Shown here in pieces: positions 11,928 to 25,058 of a stretch of DNA of 64,000 nt (position 1 is its first letter; the number at the start of each line of letters is the position of its first letter). The notes beneath the pieces are model-generated. The model had not been told where the DNA came from. It searched no databases and was given only the letters and a program-made list of their open reading frames with translations. Source of the DNA: Ruditapes philippinarum (taxonomy: Eukaryota); the NCBI RefSeq assembly GCF_026571515.1, contig NW_026861878.1, positions 1-64,000 of the forward strand, written 5' to 3'. The position numbers and the translations under genes are program-made.

Positions 11928-14900
11928 ATGGCAGCAGGTGGGACTCATGGAATATTTGATGACGAATCTTTGGAAAGACTTAAAAAGGTGTGATGTTTTA
12001 TAAATACTTTGCTATAGAAATAAATAAATCATGCATGCAAACATGCATGTAAACATGCAACGTTTTACACACTCTATTAACATACTTCTGTAGATGTACA
12101 TAACTATCAAGTTAGACACAGTTACGTAAATAAGAAGTATGTGTTGTTGCATTCATTAGACATTATATTTACCGCTTAATTATTGCTATGATTAGATTTG
12201 TGTCGTTTGGATCAATATTCGTTGACAACGTAGGCATTTTATGTAGTACATTGATTTAATTTAGTTTATATTTTCGGTTTTTAGCATGACGTTGTGCAGT
12301 TTGTATTGTGCAGTTTAAGTATAAATGTAAAGACCTGTTTATTGATCAAACTTCATATCAATCGACAAGTTTCGACTCTTTTCGTCTTACTTCGGTGTTG
12401 TACCTCGGCCCTTTCCGTGAAACTTCGGATAATTATTAATATTGGTTGATTGGTTTTGTTCATAAACTTACACGTTAAGAAGATTTAAATAATGATGAAC
12501 TGTATTTTATAAAATGGTGTAAATTTCAACTTCTGTACATAATTTTTTTGCTTAGTTTTATGGTTTTTACATATCTATAGTGTAGAGTAACATTGAATGA
12601 TATTTTGTGATTTTTCTGCTCCTTCATCAGTTTATAATGTTTCTGCTTGTTGGATCTCATTAATTGTAAATCATCATAATAAATAAAACATTTTTTTGCC
12701 TCCATATATTGCCTAATTAAATTTCCTAGTTACTTGATTACTATGCAAAAACTGAATTTGTTTCCAACAAAACTACACAATTGTTCCTGTGATCATTACA
12801 ATTGATCGGGCATTAGTTTGCAACCTCATCAATGGATTCTAATATTCATGTATTCAAATGTTAACAATACATTCGACAGATATCAAGAGTTATGTTTCTA
12901 TCAACAGTTACGCATTTACTCAACAATTTATTTATCTTACTAACATCTTAGTACTTTGTTTGTTTGTTTGTTTAATTTTTGAATAAGATAAGATAATAAA
13001 ATATAATTATATGTTTCTCTGAGCATTTTGTGTTGGTTAGATATAAAGATAGGTAACATTATATATTATAAGCATGTGTATAACTAAATAAATAAACTAT
13101 AATAACATACAGCGGAATGCTTTACACTCATCCCTTAAACTATAGCTTAGACCAAATGGATCCGCTATGTCTAAAAATTTAACTAGTTATACATATATTT
13201 TATTATTATTTTCCAGTTATTTATCTTACGGGGTAGATATTTTTTATTTTCTGGATAGAACGGAACACTTCAGATATTTTCCTTGCGTCCAATTATTACC
13301 TGATTAGGTTCAGTGGTTATCAGTGTTTTTTTGTTTGTTCTGTTACCAGTTTTATATTCGATATCCATCTGTTTATCTAATTTATGTAAGTAAGTTATTA
13401 AGATAAGTTGTATAACTATCTAATTTGGCAATATTAATTACAGCAGAATACGTTGGACATATCCCTCGCAGGGGCATGTAAGTTTACCAAAAAATACATG
13501 GAAGTGCACGAAACCTCCTATTTTAAGTCTTCTGCATACCATTTAAACTGAAGAGCTGATATTCGAGCTAGCGTAACTAAACATACTTTTAAAATGCATG
13601 GGTCAAACACCACTAAAATCATTTTACTTAGTAACTGAAACACAAAACATATACTTGCCACTGAAAATTGAAATATAAAATGTAGCAACTTTACAAATAT
13701 TTAGAATCTCAAATATCCACTTTAATTTCAGAATTGTCTCTTATTTGTAAATTTGACCTCGGCCAATTCGAAACTATCGCACCAAAACTGTGTACTGCTT
13801 CCATATTATGTACTAACTGCAACTGACAGTACACTATCCTACAATTTGTTCAATGTGAAGTTATACTATTACAGTTAAATAATGCTTTGGAGTTGATGTT
13901 TAGATATTTTTCAGATCCGCCGACTTCGTGAACTTTTTCATGGTAGATTTCCTGACAGCCAGTGTGGAACCTTGCTCAGGCATTTTAGATGGGACTTATC
14001 AGTGACAGTTTCTTTTGTTTTAGATGGTAAATAAATACTTTATTGTGATGAATAAAAATTTCTTTCCTTCCTAACTGATCTTATGGTAATCATACATATT
14101 TAGTTATAAAACATGAAGCACAATACGAAAACATCAGATCTCATTATTTTGAAACTCAAAATCAAAATCATGTGATATTGTACAAGCCATTTATATCGTT
14201 GATAATGATATCAATAATGATAACAGAAACATTAGATAATAATAATGTTACTGATAAAATAACCTTATTTTCCATTGATTAAGTAAAACTTTTAACTTAA
14301 AATTGAATCAGTTTGTATCACTTATCGTTGCTGTTTTAATGTTTTGAAACTGTAAATTTATTGTTACAGAAGAACCGAGGACTATTCGTGAGATTATTGG
14401 AGAGGACGAGGTTTGCTTATATTCTATTAACTTTTTTTCTAATCCATGTGTCTAACGATATATTATTTCATCAAGACTTTCAACAATAATACTAAACGTG
14501 TATGCCAATATATGAGTAACTGAAATGCCTGAATAAATTTAAATTCAGAATATTTCGTATTTAATTTCACATTAACTAAAGATAATTGAATATTGATTGA
14601 GTGGTTGATTTTTAGTGGCAGATCGTTACTGTGCGACGAGACAATGTCATACGGGACACAGCTAGGAGAAATGAAATTGGTAACGAGATCAGACAATTCG
14701 GGTGTAAAAATTGTGATAGCATGTGGTGGCGAAGAGTTCCTATTAGAAAACCAGTTCGTTTTCGTTATCTTATATAAATCAATGAATTTCATGTAAACAA
14801 AATCATAATCTTTTTTCATAAAACAATTTTGTCGCTCAATCTATAAGTTAATAGGTACTACAAAAGTCGTACTACGCTTTCTTTATTTTGAATTTGTATA

Positions 14901-16684
14901 CTTTTTCTTCTTAAGATTTAAGTCATTAATTCTTTTAAAGTTTTTGTTCATATCATTTAACTTTTCTTTATATGTTAATAGTCAGCATAATGTATTTTGT
15001 CAATTAAGGTTGCACGTTGCAATATGTGTAAAAGGAAACGGGATGCAATACCAGTTGACCAGGAGTACGGATGGGCAAGATTCCAGTGTTCGTGCTCTAA
15101 TGAATTTCAGTACGTGAATTTCTACCTGTTTTTACTTCGCTGTATATCGAATACATGTACTTATATATCACACAGCAACATTCTTTGCACTGTGATGTAA
15201 TAACTATGAATTCTTCATATTACAAAATATGTTTTTAAAACATAACGGCGATTTCATCATTTTAAGCGTTTCTGGTTTTAAAATATCAGCTGAAGCCTCT
15301 TGTGTTGCTATTTTATATAACCTTGTATGAAACAACATCTTAATTTAGCAAGGTGCTAAATAAATAAAGCATTTTACCCAACGATCTTAATCGTTTGTTT
15401 GATTTTACGATGCACCAACACAGTATAGGTCATATGGCACTGGAACAGGAAATATGAATTTGGCTAACCTCGGGTGTTACAAACGTCAAAGCAACACAAG
15501 GGATGAAAACAACCTCGCCTTGTTGAGCTAAGAGATGCTTAGACTCCAGATATTCGAACCCATTTAGTTAATTTACAGGCACTCGCATTATAGGAAACGT
15601 TTCGCTAACAATCCGTTATATTGACATTTTTAGTGCATTTGGAATGATGGACATGAGGCAGTTGAACATAGGACTAACTGGAAAAAGCAAGTGTTTGTGC
15701 TGGAAATGCAGGGTTAATCTTTGTGAGCCAATCTGCATCCTTAAACCATTGAAAAGAGAAGCCAGGCGGCGTCCAAGATATGCACATGAATGTACGGCCG
15801 CCAATTGTTATAACAGATGCTATCAACGTCAACGTAAGTGCATCATTTTAATGTTTAAAACAAAATATTTAGAAAACAAGTTATTTATCTTTTTATTTGA
15901 ACTAATAAAACGATAATTAAGATATGCATATGCATGACAGATATATATGATGTAAGTGATGAGTACAGCACTAACATTATATAATACATATATCAGTTAT
16001 GTTACATGCTATGCTTATTATGACAGGTAATGTACTTGTGATGGATTTAATAAAATTGAAAAAAGCCCTTTTCAAGTAAAGAATATATACATCGCTGTAA
16101 AATAACAAAAATCTCAAAATACATATGACTTTGAAATGAGATACACCATAACGCGGATGATGCATAAATTCTACATGTATTTATGAAAAGATAATTAAAT
16201 TTATGAATCTTGCAAAGCAGTCCAAGTTACTTTTATGACAAAAGATTATGTGTTATAGATGAATCAAGATTATGTAAACACAATAGTAATAAATAAAAAA
16301 TTATTTAGTTTTATGTATTTATTTATTTATATATTTTATTCATGGCATCGGAGATCAATTTTAAGATATTGTGTACATTGGTTATGATATGACTATACAC
16401 AATTACAATATTGCTTGACACACTAGATCTTCTTTTTTGCTTCAGCAAATGAACCTATTGTACCTTATTGTGTACATCCAAGATCGTTGCAATGCCAGGT
16501 ACCCGGTGACGGTAGTGATGACCACGTGAGCACTGGTTCCACGGTGAAAACGTTCCTGACCCAGGATGATCTAGAATCACCATTTTCACCATACGAACCA
16601 AGTCTCGCGGATATTGACGAGACGAGAAGCGAGAACAGCGGTGGCGGCCCTGGTAACCGCAATGGAGATGGAGACAACTATTAA
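11928..16684 (+). CDS. SHFL: Shiftless antiviral inhibitor of ribosomal frameshifting homologue, copy 1 (296 aa, 7 coding exons)
   Basis: Exons 11928-11987, 13915-14026, 14370-14410, 14616-14753, 15009-15109, 15634-15833, 16446-16684; all GT-AG, 891 nt, open. Motifs match remembered human SHFL: IRRLRELFHGRF (VRRLREKFHGK), RQFGCKNCDSMWWRRVPIRKPVARCNMCKRK ([31 protein letters not shown]), [31 protein letters not shown] (HISSGSTVATCLSQ), acidic tail. Confidence 0.92.
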
Positions 16685-17172
16685 ATTACATATCTAATTG
16701 GCATTATTATATTGTATTGAGTTGTTTTATTATTAATAAGGGTTGTAAGTAAGTTATATGTTTGATGTAATCAAGCAAAAAATCATGTAATGTAATGCTC
16801 TGTTTTTGTTCTTTTCTTTCTGTTTTGGTGTCTTTATATTGGTTTGTTGAATGCTGGTAAGATTGTATGTAAATAATTATACATTGTAGTTTTTATCCGA
16901 ATTCAATTATTAAACTCAACTGTTTATGTGATTTACAAAATAAATCCTTACAAAAATGACTCATATTTGTGGTTGTTTGGTCCATTTTTCATGTCATCAA
17001 AGTAAACAAGTATCCCTGTAAGAATATATATAAGAACATATATACAATGTATAATCAATGGAAATGTTCTTATTGGAAGAAAACATCCAGGTTCTTAAAA
17101 TCATCGGGCTATTACAAAAAGCTATTTGGTGTGTAAAAATAAGTTTCATCGTGTCTCACTTCTCTTAAATCA

Positions 17173-18458
17173 CTGTCTCACCAAGCAAGTTTGAAGATCA
17201 TTATAAAAATGTGGCCTAATAATGCTCTAGAACTTTGAGTCGACTCAAACTTATCCCGTTCTCCAACAACGCCCTTAAAACGACTTTAAACGAGAACGCA
17301 ATAACGTGATGGGCCCGGGAGACGATAGACCGTATAATAGTTTACACTTGTTTCATTTGAAAATTTTTTACTCCTTTCACAGACAAACGTAACTCGGACG
17401 TTCTTAGAGCGTCGTTATCCCGTCTACATTAAAATTTCTGTACAAGTTTGCAGCACGTTTTTATCCAGTTCTAAACGTTCAAAATAGGTTTTCAGTACGC
17501 TCAACTCGTTTATTGCGTTCTTAAAGCAGTTATAACAACGTCTTCCCCGTTTCCGTTTTCAGTACAATTGGACCAAGAAGGAATAAATAAAGGCCGCTCT
17601 TTCATTGGTTCACCATTGAAAAGAACCATGAAAAATCTAGCAGCTGTAAACTACTAAATATTCAATTGATGCATTTTTGTTGGAATAAAAGCAAGAATAC
17701 AATGAGAAGGTAGACAATAGAGAAGACGAAGAACGTGTTGGATGAGGACCAGTTTGCTTTACCCTCCTCATCTTTCTTAGAGGAATGATGATAACAAATG
17801 TCGCCGGTTAGATGTAAACGGTCGAATTAGAATGACTGGCAGAAACATGCTGATGTGTTATAGCCTTTAAGCAAGGACGTGATTGTAATAAAGATATGAA
17901 CATTAGAAGCGCGATGATAACGTTGTAATAACGTTCTTAACTGTCTACGAACGAAGTTGCAAACTAGTTCATGTGGTATGTTTCGAAATTTAAAATTTTA
18001 ACACTTTCATGTTTAAATGTTAAATTCTGCTTAAGCCGGTGCTAGGGGGCGTGGACAGTAGTTTGCACTCGACAGTACCGTCCCCGAACATGCTCAATCA
18101 GATCGAGCCTGCAACATTTTCGATTTTGCCGTTTTGGACTTTCTTTAAAGGATTCTTAAGTTCTCTATTTAATACAACGTTCAAGGAACGAAGTAGAACA
18201 AATGATACAACCGATTGCAGACGACCTTAACTGATTAAAGACGATGTTACCGGGCATTTTAACCAGATTTAAACGGACCTCAAATTGGATAAAGACAGGA
18301 TGGACGTATCACTAACGCTTTGTGAACTATTTGTAATCACTTTGAAGATATTTTCCGGCGACATGTACACAATGTATACGTTTTACCTAGACAAGAGTCT
18401 GTTCAATGATATATTGAGGAACTGGTCAGGCGTGTTCAAAACTAATTTGGTGTGACAG
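17173..18458. mobile_element. Degenerate non-autonomous TIR transposon (Harbinger-like)
   Basis: Imperfect inverted termini ctgtctcaccaa...gtttgaa (from 17173) and ttcaaaac...ttggtgtgacag (to 18458); interior enriched in aacg/cgtt motifs. Confidence 0.45.
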
Positions 18459-18599
18459 CAACATTACGTTGAAAGGTTTAATTACTTTTTTACAAATATC
18501 TGACTTAGACCAAGTAAGCTTTCGGTCGATGGGCCCCATCCGAGCCTGAAAAATACGAGATTGGGGCAATTTGTAATGCAATATGAAGTATATTTTCTA

Positions 18600-19545
18600 A
18601 TTTTTATTCTTGTGCTTATGTAATTCAAACTATACCAAAATCCTGTGTGTAGGCAACCGATATTTATTTACTTTTGAATATACCTTACCGAGTAACTTCA
18701 TATAAAATATGGCTCGTAACTCTTAGTTAAAAGTTTTGAAATACGGTCTTACATAAAAGCTCGAGCAGATCTAGGGAAATCTGCTGTTTTAATGATATTT
18801 GTAATATTTATGACAATAATGTTAGTATCTTATACAACTGTTTCAGGTGATATAAATAAGTTCGAAAAAATGCGCACGAGTAATTTAAAGATGCCTGTAA
18901 GTCTAATAGAAAACGCTTCATAGTTACTGACAAATACATTCATTAAGTCAATATTATCATTCACAAAGATGCCAGACTTCACTTACCCAGATAGCCTATA
19001 TCCAGGGATATCAAAAGGGTAAACTCATACGATTCTAAAAAAATAATTGAAAGGCGAATAACTGCCAGAAGAATATCCCATTTGGTTACATCCGACTACA
19101 AGAAGGAGCGAGTTAAATGCGCTCGTCAATTACTGGAAATGTTTCCTAAATATGACAGTCGCCTTTTTTCTAATACATGTACATTGTATTTGACTGGTGA
19201 CGAAAGCTTGTTTCACAAAACTAAACCAGTTCGCAAGTTTGGGCCACCAAAATGTTCGTCGACCGATTGACAAGTTTAAAGTAACTCGATATTGTTTTAA
19301 ATAATAGTGGAACGGTTTTCTAAAGGCCGTTCTGTCGCATTTAAGTATTAAAGAAATGTTGTGTTAAGGAAAATCGAAAAACATTCTAAACGCTCTTCCT
19401 TCGACTGTTATTAAATGTTATGAAAGGCCTGTAATTTTTGCATGACAACGCTCCCGCACACAAAGGAGCTATAGTAACTAACTACTAGTGACTGTCCATA
19501 TACATCCACTCTATTCTCCTGTGACCTTTTTATCTTTCAATTAAA
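18600..19545 (+). mobile_element. Tc1/mariner (mariner-type) transposase pseudogene
   Basis: Frameshifted fragments: EIRSYIKARADLGKSA (about 18738), PHLVTSDYKKERVKCARQLL, LTGDES (first catalytic Asp), LHDNAPAH (about 19438, second Asp), HPLYSP (cf. HPPYSPDL). Confidence 0.8.
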
Positions 19546-19767
19546 ATCTATAAAAGAAACAAATATGATAATAACCCAAGGAGAATAACAAGATTATACC
19601 AATCGCCAGACTGTGTCAGACTGTGTATTTACATACATTCGGAACTTTGCCTGGTTCGGACTAAATGATGTATTTCTCTCCCTTTATCTGTACTACGCCA
19701 TTTGTTCATATTAAATCACGTATTTGATTATACTCTTGTGTGTTGATCTACATCCATTTTCCTGGCG

Positions 19768-19778
19768 TGGTGGCAGCG
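19768..19778 (+). promoter_or_regulatory. Primer binding site complementary to the tRNA-Leu 3' end
   Basis: TGGTGGCAGCG is the reverse complement of ...CGCTGCCA-CCA (tRNA-Leu AAG/TAG type, from memory). It begins exactly where the two LTR-end copies stop matching. Confidence 0.65.
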
Positions 19779-19872
19779 AATTTACGTCCCACGCTCGATA
19801 AAGACCTGTGTACGTCATCTCGTAATAGAATTATTACCGTGAACGCAAGTGTATTAAACAAAAACATTGACA

Positions 19873-22041
19873 ATGGCAAATTCTACCCGCGCGCCAAAAC
19901 AATGGTGCCTTACCAAACATGAAACTGTAAACTCATTTGAAAACTGGAGACAGAACTTAATCTACAGCCTTTCTTTAGACAAGAACTTTGCTCCGTTTCT
20001 CGTGGCTGGGCTTAAATGGCAGAAAAAGACCAAAACTGCACCCCACAGAGGCTTTGTGAACGACGGTGAGGATGTAGCCGAAGCTGACAGGAAAACCCGT
20101 GAGCAAAAGGTCAACATTCTTGAGTTGATGTTAGGACAGATAGCAAATTTTTGTCCAGTAATATCCAGAAACACTATTGTTAAAAACTCTACCTCCGTTG
20201 ATGATATTTGGCAAACAATCCGCCTCCATTACGGTTTCCAAATTACTGGTGGCCATTTTATTGACTTTGATTCTATCCGATATGATCCTACAGAGAGACC
20301 CGAAGATTTGTTCCAACGACTCACCGCATTTATTGAAGATAGCTTGTTACATCAGGATATGGGCATCAAACACCACGACGAACCGATAACCGAAGATGAG
20401 CAGCTCTCTCCAACGCTTGAAAATCTAGTTGTCTTAACATGGCTGAGACTGATAAACCCTGACCTACCTAAACTTGTCAAACAGAGATACGGTACTGAGT
20501 TACGAGCAAGAACATTAGACTTTATAAAACCTGAAATTTCGCAAGCACTGGACTCACTTTTAGAAGAGTTGCGTTTAGCAGAGGATGCCAAAACCATGAG
20601 AACAACGGTCAGAAAATTTCCACGACAAAAGCCGCAGTCAAGTCCATCTTGGTCTAAATCCAACCAAAAGTCGTGTCCGCTTTGCAAAGCCGCAGGACGT
20701 CCTGATCGCCACTTCCTTAGTAAGTGTACTTATTTGCCGCAACAAGACCGACAATTTTTGGCAAGGGCCCGCGCTACATGTATTGATGATATTCCTCTTG
20801 ATGATTCTGAGTTAAACCATCCCGATGAAGAGTTTCGACAAGTGTCGGTATCTACTAACCGTGTTCAAGTTCGACAGTCTCCTTATCTTGACACTTACTG
20901 TGGCCATATTCCGATTCGTTTAACTGTTGACAGTGGCGCCACCGGTAATATGATTCGTGCATCAACTGCAGCACAATTGAACGCAAAAATCACCGCTAGC
21001 TCCCAATCTGCTCACCAAGCCGATGGTTCCTCTCCTTTAAACATTGTAGGGGAAACTAGGATAACATTTACACGCGATGATCATAACCTGTATTTTGAAG
21101 GGTTAGTTGTCGAACACTTAGATACAGATGTTTTGGCCGGTATTCCATTCATGGAGGTAAATGACGTTGCCACACGACCAGCTCGTCGTGAGGTGTCTAT
21201 TGGAAATGACCACATATACTACTACGGCTCGCCAAGCACTTCAGCCCCAAATCACGCTATTCGTCGTGCTCACGTCGCACGTGCTCCTTCAACCTCAATT
21301 ACGCTGTGGCCCGGAGACTTTATTGATGTTATGTTACCGTCTGACATGCGCTCCACAGACAACATCTTTTCGGTTGAGCCTCATACCAGGGACTTGGACA
21401 ACAACTCTTGGCCGCAGCCATTTTTGGTTTCAAGTTTAGGTGGAAATTTGCGAATACCGAATTTATCAAATGAACCAATGCTTCTTAAAAAAAATGAACA
21501 TTTTTGTCACGTACGTGCTACTTACTGTCCTGTGGGGAATGAATCTGAATCAAAAGCTCTACCTAATTCAGCAAATGCAAACATGAAAAAGTCAACACAT
21601 TCCGATCAAGTCCGTGTCGACCCAGATAACTTATTGTCAACAGGTATGAGAGATCAGTTTAAATCGCTACTTATAAAGTATGATGACGTCTTCAATCCAA
21701 ACTTTAAAGGTTATAATGGTGCATTGGGTCCATTGGAAGCGAATGTGAATATGGGTCCGGTGCAGCCTCCTCAGCGAAAAGGACGATTACCACAATATGC
21801 AAAATCTCAGTTATCTAGTCTCCAGGACAAATTTGACGAACTGGAACGTATCGGTGTCTTCAAACGCCCCGAGGAGTTGGGAATCACAGTCGAGTATTTG
21901 AATCCGTCCTTTCTTGTAAAGAAACCGAATGGTACTTTTCGACTAGTCACAGCCTTTGCAGATGTTGGTAGATATAGCAAACCTCAACCGTCATTGATGC
22001 CTGACGTCGATTCAGGCAAATTGCGCATTGGAAGTATATAA
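19873..22041 (+). CDS. Gypsy polyprotein part 1: Gag, aspartic protease, N-terminus of RT (disrupted)
   Basis: ATG at 19873 ([11 protein letters not shown]). Zn knuckle [18 protein letters not shown], protease LTVDSGA, RT start [16 protein letters not shown]. Confidence 0.85.
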   Translation: MANSTRAPKQWCLTKHETVNSFENWRQNLIYSLSLDKNFAPFLVAGLKWQKKTKTAPHRGFVNDGEDVAEADRKTREQKVNILELMLGQIANFCPVISRNTIVKNSTSVDDIWQTIRLHYGFQITGGHFIDFDSIRYDPTERPEDLFQRLTAFIEDSLLHQDMGIKHHDEPITEDEQLSPTLENLVVLTWLRLINPDLPKLVKQRYGTELRARTLDFIKPEISQALDSLLEELRLAEDAKTMRTTVRKFPRQKPQSSPSWSKSNQKSCPLCKAAGRPDRHFLSKCTYLPQQDRQFLARARATCIDDIPLDDSELNHPDEEFRQVSVSTNRVQVRQSPYLDTYCGHIPIRLTVDSGATGNMIRASTAAQLNAKITASSQSAHQADGSSPLNIVGETRITFTRDDHNLYFEGLVVEHLDTDVLAGIPFMEVNDVATRPARREVSIGNDHIYYYGSPSTSAPNHAIRRAHVARAPSTSITLWPGDFIDVMLPSDMRSTDNIFSVEPHTRDLDNNSWPQPFLVSSLGGNLRIPNLSNEPMLLKKNEHFCHVRATYCPVGNESESKALPNSANANMKKSTHSDQVRVDPDNLLSTGMRDQFKSLLIKYDDVFNPNFKGYNGALGPLEANVNMGPVQPPQRKGRLPQYAKSQLSSLQDKFDELERIGVFKRPEELGITVEYLNPSFLVKKPNGTFRLVTAFADVGRYSKPQPSLMPDVDSGKLRIGSI

Positions 22042-24335
22042 TTATTACTGACTTGACTAAATCCTTTTACCAAATTCCACTGTCAAAAGACTCCATGAAG
22101 TACTGTGGTGTATCAACTCCGTTCCGTGGCGTAAGAGCTTATGTACGTTCAGCACTGGGAATGCCTGGTTCTGAGACAGCTCTTGAAGAACTCACGTGTA
22201 GAGTGTTAGGACACCTAGTTCAAGATGGTACTGTTGCTAAAATCGCAGATGATCTGTATTGTGGCGGAAATACACCAGAGGAGTTGCTCACAAATTTCGA
22301 ACGTGTATTGGAAGCGCTTCATTCATGCAGCCTCAATTTATCAGCTACTAAGACTATTATCGCACCTAAACAAGCATCAATTCTCGGCTGGTTATGGGGA
22401 CAGGGGAGTATCCGTGCAAGTCCTCATCGTATTTCAACGCTTTCTACATGCCAACCGCCTAAAACTGTCACTGCTATGCGCTCATTCATAGGCGCATACA
22501 AAGTGCTTTCTCGGGTCATTAAAAACACATCAGAAATACTATCTCCTTTAGAAGAAGTCATAGCTGGAGGTGAATCAAATGACTCTATTGTTTGGACTGA
22601 CGACCTAGTAAGTGCGTTTTCTAATGCTCAAAAGGCCTTATCTTCCAATCGCTCAATAACACTTCCCCGTCCGTCTGATCAACTATGGATTGTAACGGAT
22701 GTTGTTTCGAAAAGCAGAGGTCTCGGGGCTACTCTTAACATCAATAGGAAGGATAAGCTTCATGTAGCTGGTTTTTTTAGCGCAAAACTCCGTCAGAACC
22801 AGAATCGTTGGTTACCATGTGAAATTGGGGCCTTATCAATCGCTGCCTCAATAAAGCACTTCAGTCCCTACATTATCCAATCGTCCACATCTGTTGTGCG
22901 TCATATTACTACTGAGGATGTTCTTAATGGAACCGTAAAATGTCCGTTTACAAGTAAATCGGCTTGGTTATCTATTCAATCAGAGTGTGCTGATCTCCGC
23001 CGTACTGTTGCGCATCTTCGCCAAGGCACAAGACCTTCGAAGAAGCTTACAAATGTAAAAGATATAAAGCGATACTTAAACATAGCCTCACTCTCTCGAG
23101 ATGGACTCATTATTGTTAAAAGGAACCTGCCGTATATGCCAAGTCAGGAATGTATTGTGGTTCCCCGACAAGTTCTCGACGGACTTTTGACCTCTATACA
23201 TATAAAGTTGGGACACCCTTCCGTCAGCCAATTAAAATCCGTCGTACAGAGGTACTTTAATGCTTTGGATATGGACAAATCATTAGACATGGTCACTAAA
23301 GGTTGCCATCAGTGTGCATCCCTGGCAAAAGCACAAAAAATGCGGGATGAGCAAAGCTCCGAAGATCCACCGGAAACTGTTGGATTGGCTTTTGCTGCCG
23401 ATGTAATGAAGCGGGAACGTCAACTCGTTTTAGTAGTTCGAGAATGTGTTACCTCGTTTACATTCACAAAGTTGCTAGAAAGTGAGCGTCATCATGACTT
23501 ACGGGATGCTATCATACAATTATTGGCAGAGGTTCACCCGCTGGATGGTCCGTACGCTGTGATTAGAACCGATCCAGCTCCAGGTTTCAAAGCATTGGTA
23601 GATGACCAGTTGTTAGCACGACACCATATATCAATAGAGTTAGGACGTGCCAAAAATCTCAACAAAAACCCGGTCGCTGAAAAGGCTATACAGGAATTGG
23701 AGGGTGAAATTCTTAGAGCAAACTCATCACCTCATCAAATACTAACTCCCATGAATCTCGCGATAGTAACCGCCCGTCTTAACACGCGCATTCGCAAACG
23801 AGGCTTATCTTCCAGAGAAATGTGGATGCAAAGAGATCAGTTCTCAAATAGACAAATTCCTGTAGAAGATCAAAAATTAATATCATCTCAACAAATTCAA
23901 AGATCGACAAATCATGTACAAAGTGAAAAAGCAAAATGCCCTTCAAATCAAACTCCGGTTACTCCTGATTTAAAAGTAGGCGATATTGTTTATCTTCGAA
24001 AAGACCTCAACAAAACAAATGCTCGAGAAAGATACATTGTAGTGACCTTGGAGTTTCCATGGTGTAATATTCGTAAATTTATAGGTAACCAGCTCAGGAA
24101 CAATTCCTATCGTGTTAAGTGTTCCGATTGCTTCAAAGTAACGACACATTTCAAAGCTTCTACGAAAGAATCCCCGATTGAGTTCGACTCTGACGAAGAG
24201 AGCGAAAGGAATAAGCAAGAGTGTGTTGATCTACATCCATTTTACTGGCGAATATTCTGTTTTCTGCTGCATGTGATATTCACATCTTTCATAAACAAAA
24301 ATGAAACAGTTGATAGTTGTTGCGAATTGAAATGA
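22015..24335 (+). CDS. Gypsy polyprotein part 2: RT, partial RNase H, integrase (disrupted)
   Basis: The frame continues [23 protein letters not shown] from about 22015. Motifs: ALGMPGS, KIADDLY, RNase H WIVTD, integrase HIKLGH...[24 protein letters not shown]. The tail reads through the LTR remnant. Confidence 0.85.
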
Positions 24336-25058
24336 ACATGTGGACTTGTGGGTGTAGAAATGCGTGTGTTTAATAGCCCGTTTACTTAATATTATTATTT
24401 AAAGAAGCTGCACCGAGGTAAAAAAGCCTAAAAAAATAAAATTTGAAATTAATTTATAGATCAAGAAAAGCACTTATATTGGAAAAAAATTCACGAGATA
24501 ATACGAAAAAAATTGATTAGTCCGATTTAAGTACAAAGCTTTACAACGTTTTCCATTTTTAGGTTATTTTGCACAAAACAAAAATGAATATTCAGGAAAA
24601 ATATGGTGAAGGAATGATCTGAGACAGCTGGTGCATAAATATCGGGAAAATATTTCCAGTTCCGTCATGTCATAAACCCCAGTGGAGTCGTTTATTAACC
24701 TGTTTCGATTTGTTTTAAACAAGAAATAATACACTTTTAAACTCAATACAATGTATAATCAATGAAAAATAAACAATTAAATATCATCATATTGTTTTTT
24801 GTATGACATCATATTTTTATATTCTAATCATCAATTGATCATAAATCACATGGTTAGGTATTAAACAAGGAAGAAATCACATGATTTATGTATATATCAG
24901 GTGTTATCTTCGGTAAAACTGTCGTAATTGTTTATGTTTTATCAGTGACCTAATACTATTTTCGGAAAATCGTTGAAAGATCATTTTTAATGAACTCAAA
25001 GGTATAAAAAAGAAGAAGAAATTATTGAAAAGTGATTATTTCTGCACATCCGTAGAAA

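Larger units (their letters stand above)
19560..24250 (+). mobile_element. Ty3/Gypsy LTR retrotransposon, decayed (frameshift in RT, deletion in RNase H, truncated 3' LTR)
   Basis: Domain order gag-PR-RT-RH-IN. A 30-bp LTR-end repeat occurs at 19738-19767 and 24221-24250 (1 mismatch). A PBS follows the 5' copy directly. The 5' boundary is approximate. Confidence 0.9.

Noticed and set aside
22005-22055. Programmed -1 frameshift between the two Gypsy ORFs (tempting next to SHFL)
   Set aside because: The break is inside RT (DVDS / RQIAHWKY), there is no X XXY YYZ slippery heptamer, and a couple of residues appear to be missing. A small deletion fits better, and the element has other lesions.
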